DNA of 64,000 bases, taken from the NCBI GenBank assembly GCA_050084985.1, contig JBITNC010000001.1, forward strand, positions 210,676,001 to 210,740,000. The letters are read 5' to 3'. The notes beneath the pieces are model-generated. The model saw only the letters and a list, made by a program, of their open reading frames with translations, made no database searches and had not been told where the DNA came from. This document shows positions 49,401 to 63,940 of this stretch, piece by piece (the stretch's first letter is position 1; each line of letters starts with the position of its first letter). Source of the DNA: Nageia nagi. Lineage: Eukaryota; Plantae; Pinophyta. The position numbers and the translations under genes are program-made.

Positions 49401-52400
49401 TAGATCCCTTAGCTATAATAGCTATGGCTATGGATGTACGTACTACTCTTATTTATGATTAGTTTTGGATAGTACATTTATCAATTATGTCTCCCCCTAT
49501 AGGCAAGTATAGAGGAGGGGGTGGTAAGAGTGGTGATGTTGTAGTAGGGGTTATTATGGGAGGAGATGTAGGTGCTGATGTGGGTGGTAGTGGAGGAGAT
49601 TATGGAGGCAAATTATGGGATGGAGGGTGGGATGGAGGAGATGGGGAGATAAGGAAGGTGATAATGGAGATAGTGATGGATGGGATTTTGATGAGGGTGT
49701 CAATGGCTAGGGATATAAATACATGCCTAATGCACCAATGGTTCCTCCTATTTGATAGGAGAGGAAAGATCTAATAGAATCCTAATAAAGGGTAGCGAGT
49801 TTAGAGGATGATTTGGTTGTAGCCTAGTAGTGCATTACTATTTTGGGGTAAGCTATTAATGGGCATTCAATTTTCTTTAGATGATCAAATGACATAGTAG
49901 ATCCATACAAGGAGTATTTTGATAGGATTTGACACCCTCTTCCAATAGTGTTGACTCCCTCAAGGATAGGGACTAGTAGAGGGACATAAAGAACTCTTAC
50001 AATTATAAAGGGATCACACTATCATACAAGCTATTCCAATAGGTCACATCATCACTCATCTCATTCAAGTAGCTTGCACTCTAAGAGTCAGGGTTGGGTG
50101 TACATGCATGTGTTGTATTATATACCATGTACTATATGTATTATTTTTTATATCCAGGAGGTCTTTTTGATGTATATATTCCTATGTTTGATGCATGTTT
50201 ATATTACTATGATGTATGCTTTATTTATGGATACCTATATGGTTTAAAAATTTTATATATGATGCTTACATGGATGTAGTGCATATTTTATATATATGCT
50301 CTAGGTTTTATGCTTATCATGATTTAGACTATGTTTGATTTATGTAATGCATGTCTAATGTTTATGATCTATGTTTAATATGATGATGCAATATTCTAAT
50401 TTTAAATTTTTATTGCACTATGTATGTTTTAGATAAAATGAACATGTTTGGATAATCACATTTAAAAGTAGACAAACTTGACAAAAAATAAGACTAAAAA
50501 TGAATAAAAGAAAGATAACAAAATGACAATGATAAAAGATCACAAATGATAATGATAACTAAATAACATAATGATAATGACATAAAGATAACAAGATAAT
50601 TATAAAAAGTTAACAAGACAAGGATAAAAAGAGAACAAGATAATGATAAATATCATCTTGAAATAATCAAGTGAAAATGATATTTAAAAGAATAATAAAT
50701 ATTTTCATAGCATAAAACATGTAGGGGTAAAAGGCAAGATTTAAGCAATTTTGACTAAATTATAAAAATAAGATAATGATCCAAATAATAATAACATAAA
50801 TTGACAACAAATGAGATAAGTGAAAATATATAGAATTTGTTAACAAATGAACATTAAAAATGCCACAAAAAGAGACCTTAAAAGATAGATACCCCATACT
50901 TGATGGAAAGACACCTTAATCAAACACTCAAAAATTCAAATTAAGTAAAGAATGATGAAATGTAAAAATAATGATTCAAAAAGGTTACAAAAATACAATT
51001 AAAATGAACCAAAATAAAACTTTGATAATTTTAACACTTTGGAAAAGGTGAAAAATGGTCAACTTTGAAACTCAAAAATAAGTAACCATCATGTTAGTTT
51101 AATAAACAAGTTTGATAATATGATATTCAAATGAAAAAAATAAGTGCTAGAAAAGACAGTTTATAAAATGAAGGCCATTCGACCTATTTTTGAAGCTAAA
51201 AGTGAAACCAACTTTGACTTTATGAAAAACCTTTAGTGCTCACTAAAAGTGCACCATTTTAAGTGGGCTTCTATTTGACTTTTAAAAAGATGTAAAATGA
51301 TAAAATTTGGCTATGAAAATTGGTGTGGGATGATTTAAGTATAACATAGACCCACTAAAAACTAACAAAATCAAAAATAGAATTAGTTTGATAGGTTTAA
51401 AACTAGCAAACCAAAGGCAAATTTTTAAGGTGCCAAATTTCAATACCTTTGGTACTAAAATAAAATGAACTTGGAAATGGTTACAAATAAAGTTTAAATG
51501 ATGTGAAAAGGCATAATAAGACATACCAAAATAAAATAAGACAAGTTTACTAGACAAAATGATCATATGACTCAAATCAACATAGGTTGAAAAAGTGACC
51601 AAAGTGACCAAGTATTTTACTTTGGGAGACAAAAGAGAATATATGGGACAACAAAAACATAATGAAACTTATGGAATGTGACTACATTTATAATTTTGTA
51701 ATGGATAAAATAAGTTACATAATAAATTAACTTAAAAATTTAAATAGGAAAATATAAAAGATATCAAATAATATAATAAAATAATAAGTAAATATAATAA
51801 AAGTGAAAATGGATTTGGGGTTGACTTCCATCTTAATGTGTAGAATGAGCTCTTTTGTCAAACAATTTTTTATTGTTGCTAAGCAATTTCATTCAATTGC
51901 TTTGATATTTGAATGCAATGATAAATGATAGAGGATAATGATGTGGAAATATAAAAATGAAATTATGGGAAAAGAAAAAGAGGCAAGGATAGAGTTCCAT
52001 CTTAATGTTTAGGACATGCAATAGCTCCATACTAGACTAGGTAGAAGATAATGTCCAATGGTCTAGGACATGATGATGATATATACATACAAGTGGTGAT
52101 AATGTAAATATAAGAGGACATAACTAGACTAATATTTGGATAAGATATGAGTGACTTGTGATTCCCATGCACCCAAAAAAGTTAAGATGACATTAAAAAG
52201 TGGAAAATACTAAGTATCAACTCCAAATTCAATTATCTAAAGTGATGATACAAGACAAGTGATAGATGAAAAGGAACCTTAAGCTACTTGGTATATCTCT
52301 TAAAAACCTTTCTATAATGCTAAGATAAGACAAAGAGATTATCAATGTTGATAGAAAAAACATATGATATGCAAGAATCTTTTTGTATTTTATGTTTTCT

Positions 52401-52479
52401 ATGTTTATTTTTGTGCTTTTAACATGTTTTAATTTTTTTGGTATTTTTTTATCTTTTATTATTCTTGGCAAAATAGTTT

Positions 52480-54170
52480 TTGAATATTTTGAAGGTTGAT
52501 AGTGATGTCTAGTTATATAAGGGTCTAATGTGGATTATATTAATTAGTTAAATCTCTTCATAAACTTCCAAGGTTGCTAATTTTTATGCCCCTAAACCAT
52601 ACTTTCTTAGTACAATATAAGGACCTATTCAATTAGGTGCAAATTTTTCTCTTTCTACCTTTAGTTGATTTTTTTTGTATATTTTCCTTTAAAAAAGGTC
52701 ATAAACTTAAAATTCATGATATTTCACCATTTTATTATAAGATATCTTAATACATTCTTGGTAAATCCTTAAATGTTGAAGGGAATTTATACATTTCTCA
52801 TTAAGTCAAGTTGGTCAAGCCTATCTTGTCTGTATATAGTATGATCAATAAATTATTGTAAGAAAATACAAAGGGATGGAATTTCAAGTTCAATTGGAAA
52901 TATTGCTTTAGTACCATAAACTATCAAAAAAGGTGTTTCTCTTGTAGGTTTTCAAATGCTTGTTCTATATTCCCATAATGTATAGGCAAGTTTGTTATGC
53001 CAATCCCTTTATGATATGGTCTTATTAGAGGCTTTTGCTTATCCATTAGCTTGATATTAATAAGGTTTTGAGAAACTTAATTAAATAACATATTTATCAC
53101 ACAAACCTCTAACATCCTTATTTTTTAGGGGAATTCCATTTTCCATGATCAATTTGTAGGGAATTCCAAATCTACAAATAAGGTTTGTCTCAATGAACTC
53201 CACAATTTTAAGTGCTTTTATTTCAATAAGGGGCATGGCTTCTACCCACTTAGTAAAATATTTATTGGCATATATAATAAATTTATAGCCTTATGAAGAA
53301 TTTTTATACACTTATCCAATAATATACAACTCCCATTGTGAAAAGTACCAAATGGTTCCAACAAGTTATAGGTCTTGAGAAGAAATATGTTGAAGGTTTG
53401 AAAATTATTGGCACTTGTGCATTTTTTAACATATGAACCATAATATTTTTTAAGTGTTGGCCAAAATTATCCCATCCTTAACAAATATTTTACTATTTTC
53501 ATGCCATTAAAGTTACCACCACATATACCATCATGTGCTTGAGATAGTGCCAGGGGAATTTCATTAGGTTCAAGACATCTCAAAAAGATGCCTTCATATC
53601 CTCTTTGATAAAGTATCTTCCCCAACAAGGTATATTTTGTACATTTTTATTTATATCATCTTCTTTCAATTTTAATCATATATATGAGGCTAATTCCAAG
53701 CTTAAGGAAATATCTTGCAAGTCTATACCAAGGATTAAGATTTTCAACTTTAATTTGATTAATGATAGGTCCAATAATGTATGAGGGGCTATGCAATGTG
53801 GTTATGTGAATAATGAGTTTATCTTGATTATATTGGGATGCAATATGGGAATCCAATGAGCCCATGGTGTCTATAAATATATTTATGGATCTTGGGTAAT
53901 ATTCAATGGTATACTTATCAAAGTGTAAGAGGAGTTTGTTAACAAGTTTATACTTATTTAAAATCTTATTATGGTATTGATAAGTTCTAAGAACTTGATT
54001 TATAATAAGTTGAGAATCACCAATAATCTTAATTTTCTTAAATTTTAGCTTGACTATAGTTTATAGACCAAGGAAAAGGGCATCATATTCAACCATGTTA
54101 TTAGTGTTAAGGAATTTGAGCTTAAATGATAAAGCAATAGGTGATCCTTGAGGTGTAATAAAAGTACTAG
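52480..54170 (-). pseudogene. Archaeal-type RNase H (aRH) plus integrase remnant
   Basis: FITPQGSPIALSFKLKFLNTNNMVEYDALFLGL...IIGDSQLIINQV (aRH, 54163-53995); LSQAHDGICGG...G*FWPT (HHCC region, ~53547-53456); YFTKWVEAMPL and CRFGIPYKLI (integrase core). Confidence 0.9.
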
Positions 54171-54179
54171 CTAGATTTG

Positions 54180-54533
54180 GGTTTCTATAGGACTAGTTAT
54201 CAAGATGTGAAATCTTGATAACTTTCCTTGAAATTATATTTACCTTTAAATATGCAATATAATCTTTAATTTCCCTTTAGTAAGGATAGCACTGACATTG
54301 GGGTGCCTAGCACAAAAATAAGAATATTACATGATAAGGGACTAAGAATAACTAAAAAAATATTATATAAGATCAACATAGTATAACACCTAATCTGTGC
54401 CAACTTAGGGGACCAAAATTATAATAATATTACATGATAAGGGACCAATAATAACTATAAAAATATTATATAATATCAACATAGTATACAACCTAATCTA
54501 GGCCAACTTAGGGGATAAAAATTAGGTGTTAAT
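54180..54533 (-). repeat. Partial LTR of the same Tat-like family with an internal 103-bp tandem duplication
   Basis: Ends AAAATTAGGTGTTAATA. The unit AATATTACATGATAAGGGAC...CAACTTAGGGG starts at 54323 and 54426. Confidence 0.75.
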
Positions 54534-55825
54534 AGTTACATGATAACTAGTTTTTGGCTTGGTTCAAAATTAGGTATCAACTATAATTAGTTTTAAGGAT
54601 TTTGTATTATCCATAACATCATAATCATCATATTCAAAGTCACTATCACTATAATCATATTGATCAATTTTAGAAATTTACTTGAAAGAGATAATATTTG
54701 TATCTTATTCACAACATTCACATTGAGAGTAGCATCATTTGCATTTTGCACATGATATGGAAAAAATACTTCTATTATTATATTAAATCCATATTTAAGT
54801 AATTCAAATATGAGATAAATAGGAATTCTCATACATGCTATTATAGATCAAAAATATTTCTTTCATAGTAATATATTTGATCTCACCAAACTTGATAAAA
54901 TGACCTTCAAATTCTAGGGCTTTATGTAAAACTAATTTTCCATAAAAGAAAAAGCCCTAAATTTTTTAATAAATTTCAAGCAATAAAATTTAATAATTTT
55001 GTATAAAATTATTAAGTCCAAGGAGAAATAAATACCTAGCATTTTCTTATAAATAACTCCATAAAAAATATGATACCTTATAAAAATTCTAGTGTTTATA
55101 AGATACATCAAGTTCACCAATATGTAGATGATAAAATGTAGCCTTGAATTAGATATGTTATTGAATTAAATTTATCAAGATAAATTAATAATAGTTCTAT
55201 GGATCCTACAACTTGCAATACTTAATAGAAAAAATACTTAATACAAATATGAAATACTAAATAAATAAGTAATAATGAAATTGGATCTACCAACTTATAA
55301 AACTTATGAGAAAAGGATGAGAAAGATATGTTCATGTTAAATTACTATGATAACCATGAATAGGTGCTTGAATTGAAGCTTATGTGCAAGGATGACTAGG
55401 GATGTGAATATAAGAATTTTAAATATATTATGTTAGGGATCATTGATGTTGGAGAGATATGCAACCTAATGTTTATATTGATATCCTTTAAGATTATATC
55501 AAACAATTCCAGATCTAATAGTAGTATAAGTACACATAAGTCTAATTTAATATATATTATGAAAGAATTATAGATATATTTTTAGTGTAATAAATTCCAA
55601 TATCAATAGGTAATGTTAAGAGACACAATAAGTTTTTTTAAGAGTATTTGCAAGGGCTTGTTTGTATCCACCTAAATATGATTTTTATTTAATATAAAAT
55701 TATATTTTAGGTAACAAGGTAATATATTGTAGAAATGATGTAAATATAAATGTTAATAAAATCATAGATAATTTAATGATATCATTATTAAGGAAAGAAT
55801 AATAAGTTATGTAATTCATGTAGAT

Positions 55826-58800
55826 TGTTAGGATCCCACATCCTAACACATACTTAAGAATTAGTAAGGAAATAGTAAGGATTAATTAAGATTACTTAAG
55901 GATTAGTTAGGTAATAATTAGGATTAGTTAGGATAACTTATTAAGTAAATAGTCATGTATTTTAATGAATATTCACTTATGATGACTATAAATATGTGTA
56001 ATATGGGATAGATAAATAATCAAGGAAATCTATTATCTTCTAAGTTATAAGTAGGAAGCCCCCTTGAAGTGGCCTATGATTCATATTATGATCAATAAAG
56101 TATTTTTATTCTACTATCTTTTTAATCAATAATTGCATTGCTCTATTTTGTTTCTTGTGAATAGTTGAATATTTCATATTTTATTGCTATTTTTTGTTAA
56201 AAATCTTTTTTATATCTTTAAGGTTCTTAATAATTGGTATTAGAGCTTCAATTTTGACTACCTATAGGCAGATTGAAATTTAGATTTATAATTCAAAAAA
56301 TTAATAATAAATAAGTAATAAAATAGCATATTTTGAGATGGATAATGGAAGTAGATCTCAAGACTTCAAAAACTTACAAAAAGCATATTACGATATGCAA
56401 AACCAAACAAGAATTAATTTTAAGAAGATGGAAATAAGTATCAACACCCGCATAATAACTCCATATGCCAAAGTAATATATTTGAATACTAAATAGAATA
56501 GTTTGGTGGTCATTATCAATCATGTTAGTGCATCATTATAGAATCTAGGCTCAACACCAAGTTCTAGATCCTAATTATTAACAGGACAATCACCACCTCA
56601 CCAAATTCAATAATAATTTCATTAAGGATTCCAACAATCTTCCATTATTTTAAGAACAACCAAGCTATATTTTCAAATATTTTATGGGGATGATCCAAAT
56701 GGGTGGGTTTAAAAGGTTGAATAATACTTTTCCTTGAATAAAATTATTGGTGCTTAAAAGGTGAACATTGTATCATTCCATATTAAGCATGAAGCCATCC
56801 AATGGCACCAGTGGTTTAATAAGACAAATTGCATCCCATATTAATGAGAATTCATAACATAGTTGTTGGTTAAATTTTGTATAAGTGATTTTTAAGACTT
56901 CATAGGAGATTTAATAAAATTGAAACAAACAACCTTATTAAAATAAATACCATAATTAATTTAATGAATTTGTAAATCACACATTTGGGCTAAATGACTC
57001 TTTTTACAAAAGCTATTTCATAATAGATTGAAGGATGAAATTTGAGTAGAGGTCAAGATATTCAATCCTTAGACCATGATGGATGACATCACACTTGAAA
57101 AATTAATGGAAGATAAACTTAACACTTAACTATATCAAGGAAGGAAACATTTTGAAAGGCCACATAACACCTCAAATATCCCAAAATGACCCAAAATAAA
57201 ATCAATCACTACAAGTTAAGAGATTTATTTCATATGAAATGAAGGAGTTAAGGGAAAAGGGAATCTTGTATAATTATAATGAGAATTATGGCCCAAACCA
57301 TAGTTGTAACACACATAGATCATATTTATTAAATACATATGCTTTTTGTGATGACAAAATTGAGCTTAAGAGAGAAGAGGAGGTATAAGAACTAGATAAT
57401 AATGAGGAAACCCCTCAAATATCCTTTATTTCTCTCATAAAAATGTCTTCTCTATAAACCATGAAGGTGAAGGATCACTTCAAAAAATAAACTCTAATTG
57501 TATTACTCGATTCAGGAAGTATACATAACTTCATTGATCCTTGGGTAGCAATACATGCTTGTTGCTACATACATCTAACTAACAACTTTAAATTCATGAA
57601 CTATAATGGGGGGAAAATAGCATGCAAGGGCACATATCATAATATAAACTCAACATGATAAATTACATATTAAAAAGTTACATTTTACATTATCTTAGGG
57701 GCTTAATATTTGAGACTATTGGGACCAATATTATGGGATTTTTGTAGAATTATGGATGTAGTTTATAGTTAAAGGATTACAATATACTCTTAATGGATTA
57801 TAGGCAAGACCATAATAATTATTAAGCTCTCATATCATGAAAATAATCATTCAAAAAAATGGAAAATAAATTATGGCATAATTATTCTCTATCCAATCAA
57901 CTAAATAATAACTTGATGAGCTAGAATAATTGTAACAACTATTGATCCAACATGAAGGTGTCCTTGAAGAACTAATGGGATTACCTCCTAGTTTCCCTCA
58001 TGATCATGATATATAGTTAGTATTGAAAATTCAACAATTGAATATTAGACCATAATGATACCTATATTTGAAAAAAATAAAATTGAGAAATTAGTCCATA
58101 ACATATTAGAGGCATGAGGCATATGACCTAATGTAAGCTCAAACTCTTCCCTAGTATTATTGGTCTACAAAAAGAATGGTTTATGGTGGAGGTGAATATA
58201 TTTTAGAATCCTTAACAAGATCATCATGAAGGATAAGTTCCCTATTCTAATCATTGATGAATTATTGGATGAATCACATGCGATCAAATATTTTTCAAAT
58301 CTAGATCTATAATCAGGTTATCAGCAAATTAGACCTAAGGAGGAGGATATATTGAAAACATAATTTTGCACTTATGAAGTTCACTATGAGTTATTATCTA
58401 TATCATTCTATCTCACCAACTCATCCTCATTAAAGTTCTTATCCAATTGTATGGCTTGGCACCTGAGGATGCAACATGGGAGACATCACATCAAATTCAG
58501 TAAGTGCTTCCTAATTTTAATCTTTAAAGAAAAAGGTTAATCCCAATAGATGGGCATGTTAGGATCCCACATCCTAAAACTTAATTAAGGATTAGTTAGT
58601 AATTATTTAGGATGATTTAGGCTAACATATTTAGTGAATAGTCATATATTTTAATGAACAGTAACTTATGATGACTATAAATATGTGTAATATGGGATAG
58701 ATAAATCATAAAGGAAAATCTATTATATTTTGATTTATAATGAGTAAAACTCTTTTAAGTGGTGTTTGATTCATATTATGATCAATAAAGCATTTCTATA

Positions 58801-58920
58801 ATGTTATCTTGATAATCAAGAATTACATTGCTTTGTTCTCTTACTTGTGAATAGTTAAATATTTTATTTTTGCTTCTATTTTTGGTTAAAATCTTATTTA
58901 TATATTTTAGATTCTTAACA
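55826..58920 (+). mobile_element. Chromovirus (Reina-like) LTR retrotransposon 2, internally deleted
   Basis: LTRs 55826-56232 and 58557-58920; perfect TSD TAGAT on both sides; PBS TGGTATTAGAGC at 56235-56246. Gag GDDPNGWV, protease LLDSGSIHNFID (~57503) and RT N-half are fused directly to chromodomain APEDATWE (~58458). Confidence 0.95.
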
Positions 58921-59589
58921 TAGATATAAATAAGCATTGATACCAAATATGTTAAAATACAAAAATAATAATACAAGAAAAGAACTCCCTATCAAATCAT
59001 ATCCAATTCAAATAGGTTAACTCATGATTGATCCACATCCTAAATAAAATTTGTCTCTTAATACCACTTATCTAAGGATATATTATCCACTCTTCATCTT
59101 AACATAATATTATATGAGTTTATTTGCATTCATATCATAATAAATGGTTCCCATAGTATGATAAGATTGTTATTATGATGTGCACATTGTACCTCTTTCA
59201 CCTTTAGAGCTCTAGACCTCAACTGTAATTCAAATAAAAACTAAGGGTATAAGATCATATGATTCAATTCAAAATATTATAGTAATATTCTAAAATTATC
59301 TTTATAATACCATAATTGGTATTTCATAGTATAAATAATGATTTGTTTAACCATAATTCATTATGTACATACTACATTTTGGTGAATCTAACTAATCAAG
59401 GGATTTTATCTTCATGGGAAAAATTTTACACAAATTTACAATAGAGTATATGATATTGATGGTTTTTGGTACTTGATAAAATATCATGTTCATTAACTAA
59501 ATGGATTATAATCAATAAATATAATACATATTATATGATATATAAAAATTAATGGCAATTTTTACATCCCAATTGGGTGCATAATAAGA

Positions 59590-62500
59590 ATCAATGAGTT
59601 TAAATCAAGCCTTAACTCAATGCACCATGATTGTTATGGATTATATGACTAAAAGAGTCATGGATATAGAAGTTAAAAATAAATTAGAGCAAAAAAATTA
59701 TGACAATTATGGTTTCTTTACTTACCCCTTATCAAATAAAATAATCATCTTTCCCCTAGCACCTAATATCCCCCAATTTTGAGATGTTTAGTGGTGGACA
59801 AGATCCAAAATAACATATTGTTAGATTTTAGGAGAATTCCTTACTAAAATTGGGATCTGAAGAAAAATTAATAGCTAAATTCTTCCTAAGGAGTCTCAAT
59901 GGAGATGTTATCTAGTGGTTTTACAATTTTACATTCTAATCCATTGATTCTTTTAAAGCCCTTGTCAAAGCATTCATGGACTAATATGAACACAACATCA
60001 AAGAGTAAGACAATGTCATAGATGTGTTTTCATTATACCAATGGAAAAATCAATCTATATATAAGTACATCATCATTTCAAAAAATTATGGTAATATAAT
60101 AAGAGTAAATTAGCTAAAAATTAAATATATGGTATTTATTAATTACATTATTCCTATTCTAAAGTAATATGCAATAGATTATATTAAAATGGGTTTTGAA
60201 AATATGATGAAGAGATTTTTGGCTAAAGAGAAAGTTTTAGCTAAAATTGTTTTTCCTCAACTATAGATTTTCCACTTATAACAAAGATCCCTATAGACCC
60301 TATGCTAAAAAGGAGGAAATCATTATCAATATAGCTAAAGCACCTAAATTAATAAGATCAATAACCCAAAGGGAATATAGATTCATTTTTCCCATTCCAC
60401 TAAGGATTATTCTTCAAAATATGATTGAAAAGTAGTTTTGAAGCCACTAGATCAAATATCTCATGATGATATCATGGAATTTAGAAATTAAGATCTATAT
60501 TATTCTTATCATAAAAAAATATGAGATGCAACCAACAAGTACAAACCATTAGAGGCATTTATCTTGTATATAATTAGTAAAGGAAAATATGAAGTGAAAG
60601 ACATTTAATAATAAGAAAATCCTACTTACCAAGATGCAAATACTATTTTCATTTATGAAGATATATGTACAATCATTAGAAAGGGGCATCCAAGGATAAT
60701 TCTAAACCCTATAAAAACTAAACATTAAGTATTCTATAATATCTAAGATCATATAATATTCTATAGAAATTAAACAATACCTTAGCTAAAATTATTTTTT
60801 TGAGATAATATAAATTTCCAAACCACATAGGGATATATTTTTTGATATACCTTAAAAAATGAAAAACTTTCTAGTGATATTTCTACTACTACATTTTTTG
60901 AAAAGATTCACTCTTTGCAAGCTTGTAATTTGATTAGCTTTAATGATAATAAGTTTCCCAAGAAGGAAGTTATTGATGAATTTTTAGCTCTTTATATTCT
61001 AAGAAATTAAAATATCAATAATAGATCTAGATTTGGGGGTTAACATTCCTTTATTCAAATTTTTAAAATCTAGAAAGTATAGGTTTCACTATCCTACCTA
61101 TAGATGAATCTACTCTTTGAAATAGAGGTTTTGATCATGTTTTAAAGAGAGCCCTTGATATTACTTCTTTACTATTATATCTCAACCTAAAGATAATTTA
61201 TTCTTCCTTCCATATCATAATTGGGAATCTTACTCACAACTTGCTCTTGAGGATGCCTTAGATCCATAAATGATGTTAATTCCTTCCACTTCATATAATT
61301 AACTCAAATTTAAATTTAATATGTATATACATATAATCCCAAATAATATTAAGCCTTATGCATTATGAAACCTAGCATATTTACAAATTAAAGGCTTGGA
61401 TATGCATCATATCAACCTATTTGATATTCCTGAAGAGGAACCATAGTTAGAATTGGTGAAAAATAATTAAAAACCCAAATTACATAGACTAGGTTTGACA
61501 CCTATAACATTCAGAACCTAGATCCCATGGATTCCATAAAATACCTTAGATGGTTGAAGATTGAATATTATGAATAACATACATAGTATCTAAAAGGATG
61601 ACCAAACCATACATCTAATGACTAAATGGGTTTTTCTTGCTTTGGAACTTCTCTGACACTAGATCATGATCTTGATAAAGAATAAATTGTAACTCCAAAA
61701 ATTGGTAACCTTCATACTAAATATTTTCATTTTCTTTTTTCTTATAAATACATAAAATATAAATGTAGATATGTGGGAGGAGGCATGAGAAAGAATGAAT
61801 AGGGAATGAATTCTTTTCCAAGAGATTTTAAGCTCAAAAAGATAAAAAAAAGGCATGGTATGTATTCTTTCAATAAAGAAAACTTTAGGTACTATAAAAT
61901 TTATTCCACAAGTCAGTTTGATTAAGCTAGTTAATGATATATATAAAGCTCTTTGATTAAAACCTAATATTCCCCTTGAATTTGACTATTTTCCTATTGA
62001 TGATTCCCTTCTCAACTTCATATAAACACATTCTAAGTTGCAAAAATCAAATGATAAATGGAATTCAAGTTATTTTCTTAGCCCATATAGGTACTTTGTT
62101 CAAGATTTGAACTTTAGTGAAGTGTTCCATGCATAATCAATTAATAAAGAAGAAGAGGTATATGATGTTCCATGCCTATAAGCCCTTCCTTCTCTATACC
62201 AATAATGAGACCTAGAATTTCTAATTGAGAAATTAATTGATACCACTATTAGGACTATCAAAGAGCCAAAATTGATCAAAATTAAATGAAATTTTAATAG
62301 GTAATAATAATAAAGGTACATACAAGTAATTATCAAACATAGTTAGTTAGAACATTTGGTCTTATTTTGATATATCTAGTTTAAATCCTTCCTTTTCATG
62401 CACACTTTACCTCTTAAAAAGTATATCAAATTGGTAAAGAAAAAAATAAAAAATATACATATAAGGCTTTGCTAATGAAAAAAAAATAGAAAAACACTTC

Positions 62501-63940
62501 AATATTGATTTCCTAAGATCCATTAATTATTTTGAATGGATGTCTAATATTGTTCTTATCATAAAACCCAATGGGGAGGTAAGAATTTACATAGAATTTT
62601 AAGATATAAATAATGCATATCCAAAAGATGATACTCCTTTGACTAATATTGATATGATTGTAGATAGTATAGTTGGGCATGATACATTGTATTTCATGGA
62701 TTGATTTTCTTGTTACAATCAAATTTTGATCAATTTAGTTTATGAACACAAAATAACCTTCATCACTCCTTGGGGAAATTTATGTTAGAAAGTGATGCCC
62801 TTTGGCCTTTAAAAATACAAGAACTACATATCAACATTCTATGATCTCCATGTTTCATGGTTAGATCAATAAATCAACAAAATTTTATGTTGATGATATA
62901 TCTACATAAGAAAATGATAAGTTACACCAATTGGAAGAGTTATTAGACATCCTTGAAAAGTATAATCTTAGGTTGAAGACACAAAATTGTGATTTTTATG
63001 TAACTTTAGGAACATTATTGGGCTTCATACTCTTCAAATGGAGAATAGAGGTTGATCCAAAGAAGGTAAAGGCCATCATCAACATGTCAACTACTAAAAA
63101 CCTTCAGTAACAAAGGATTCTCTATAGTAAGATCAAATTTGTTAGAATATTTATTTCTCAGCTAGGTGATAAGTGTGTCCCTTTCACTCATTTTCTAAAG
63201 AAAGATTTTAAATTTGTATGGAATTACAAATGCCAAAAATCCTTTAAATATATCAAACAATATTTGTTCAATCCTACTATTCTATTTTCCATGGGCTTTG
63301 CAAAGCCTACCTATCTCTATTTATCAACCATAATGCATGCCTTAGGGCTAATGCTATATCAACAAGATGACTCCAATAAGGAAATAAAATATATTATCTT
63401 AGTAAGATACTACTAGAATATGAAAGTAGGTACATTCCCATTGAAAAGCTTTATTCTAGAATTATTTTACTACTAAAATATTGAGGTATTATATTTTATA
63501 CTATTCTATATATGTGGTGATTCATGTTAATCTTTTGAAGTATCTCATAGCTAAACAACATGGCTCATGAAGAATTACAAAATAGATGATGTTATTGTAA
63601 GAATTTGACTTTTATGAAGCAAAAGGATATGAAAGGGAAGGCAATCACAAATTTTATGGTTTAATTCCCTGAAAATAAAGTGACCCACAAAGAATTCCCA
63701 AATTAATATGCTTAGTATTTTCATCTTAAAAGGGCATGTGTCATTCTAATGGGAATTTGCACCAATTTTTCAATCAATGGGATATCCTATATGAATATGT
63801 ATGTTAGATAGAGGAATAACCTAAATAATAAACATTATATTTTGATGGATCTAGGTGCATGTATTAATAAGGGGTAGGTATTATCCTTATTACTCCTTCT
63901 AATGAAGTCATTCCTATGACATACATGTTAGGATTTAAAG
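59590..63940 (+). mobile_element. Tat/Ogre-type gag-pol remnant (gag, PR, RT, RNase H, start of aRH)
   Basis: gag FSGGQDPK*HI..F / AKFF.RSLNG (59785-59910); RT WMSNIVLIIKPNG, NAYPKDDTPLTNIDMIVDS, TFITPWG...VMPFGL, FYVDDI (62537-62900); RNase H YIPIEK; aRH LYFDGSRC...GVGIILITPS (63835-63900). Confidence 0.92.

Larger units (their letters stand above)
46735..54170 (-). mobile_element. Tat/Ogre-type element 3' half (aRH, integrase, long 3' region with antisense PMD ORF and tandem repeats), copy B
   Basis: aRH-INT coding remnant followed by a long non-coding region whose distal part is homologous to 2650-5693. Continuity across 50.4-52.4 kb is assumed. Confidence 0.7.

Noticed and set aside
49487-49774. 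Glycine-rich ORF as a host gene
   Set aside because: It is the low-complexity tail of the decayed retroelement PMD ORF.
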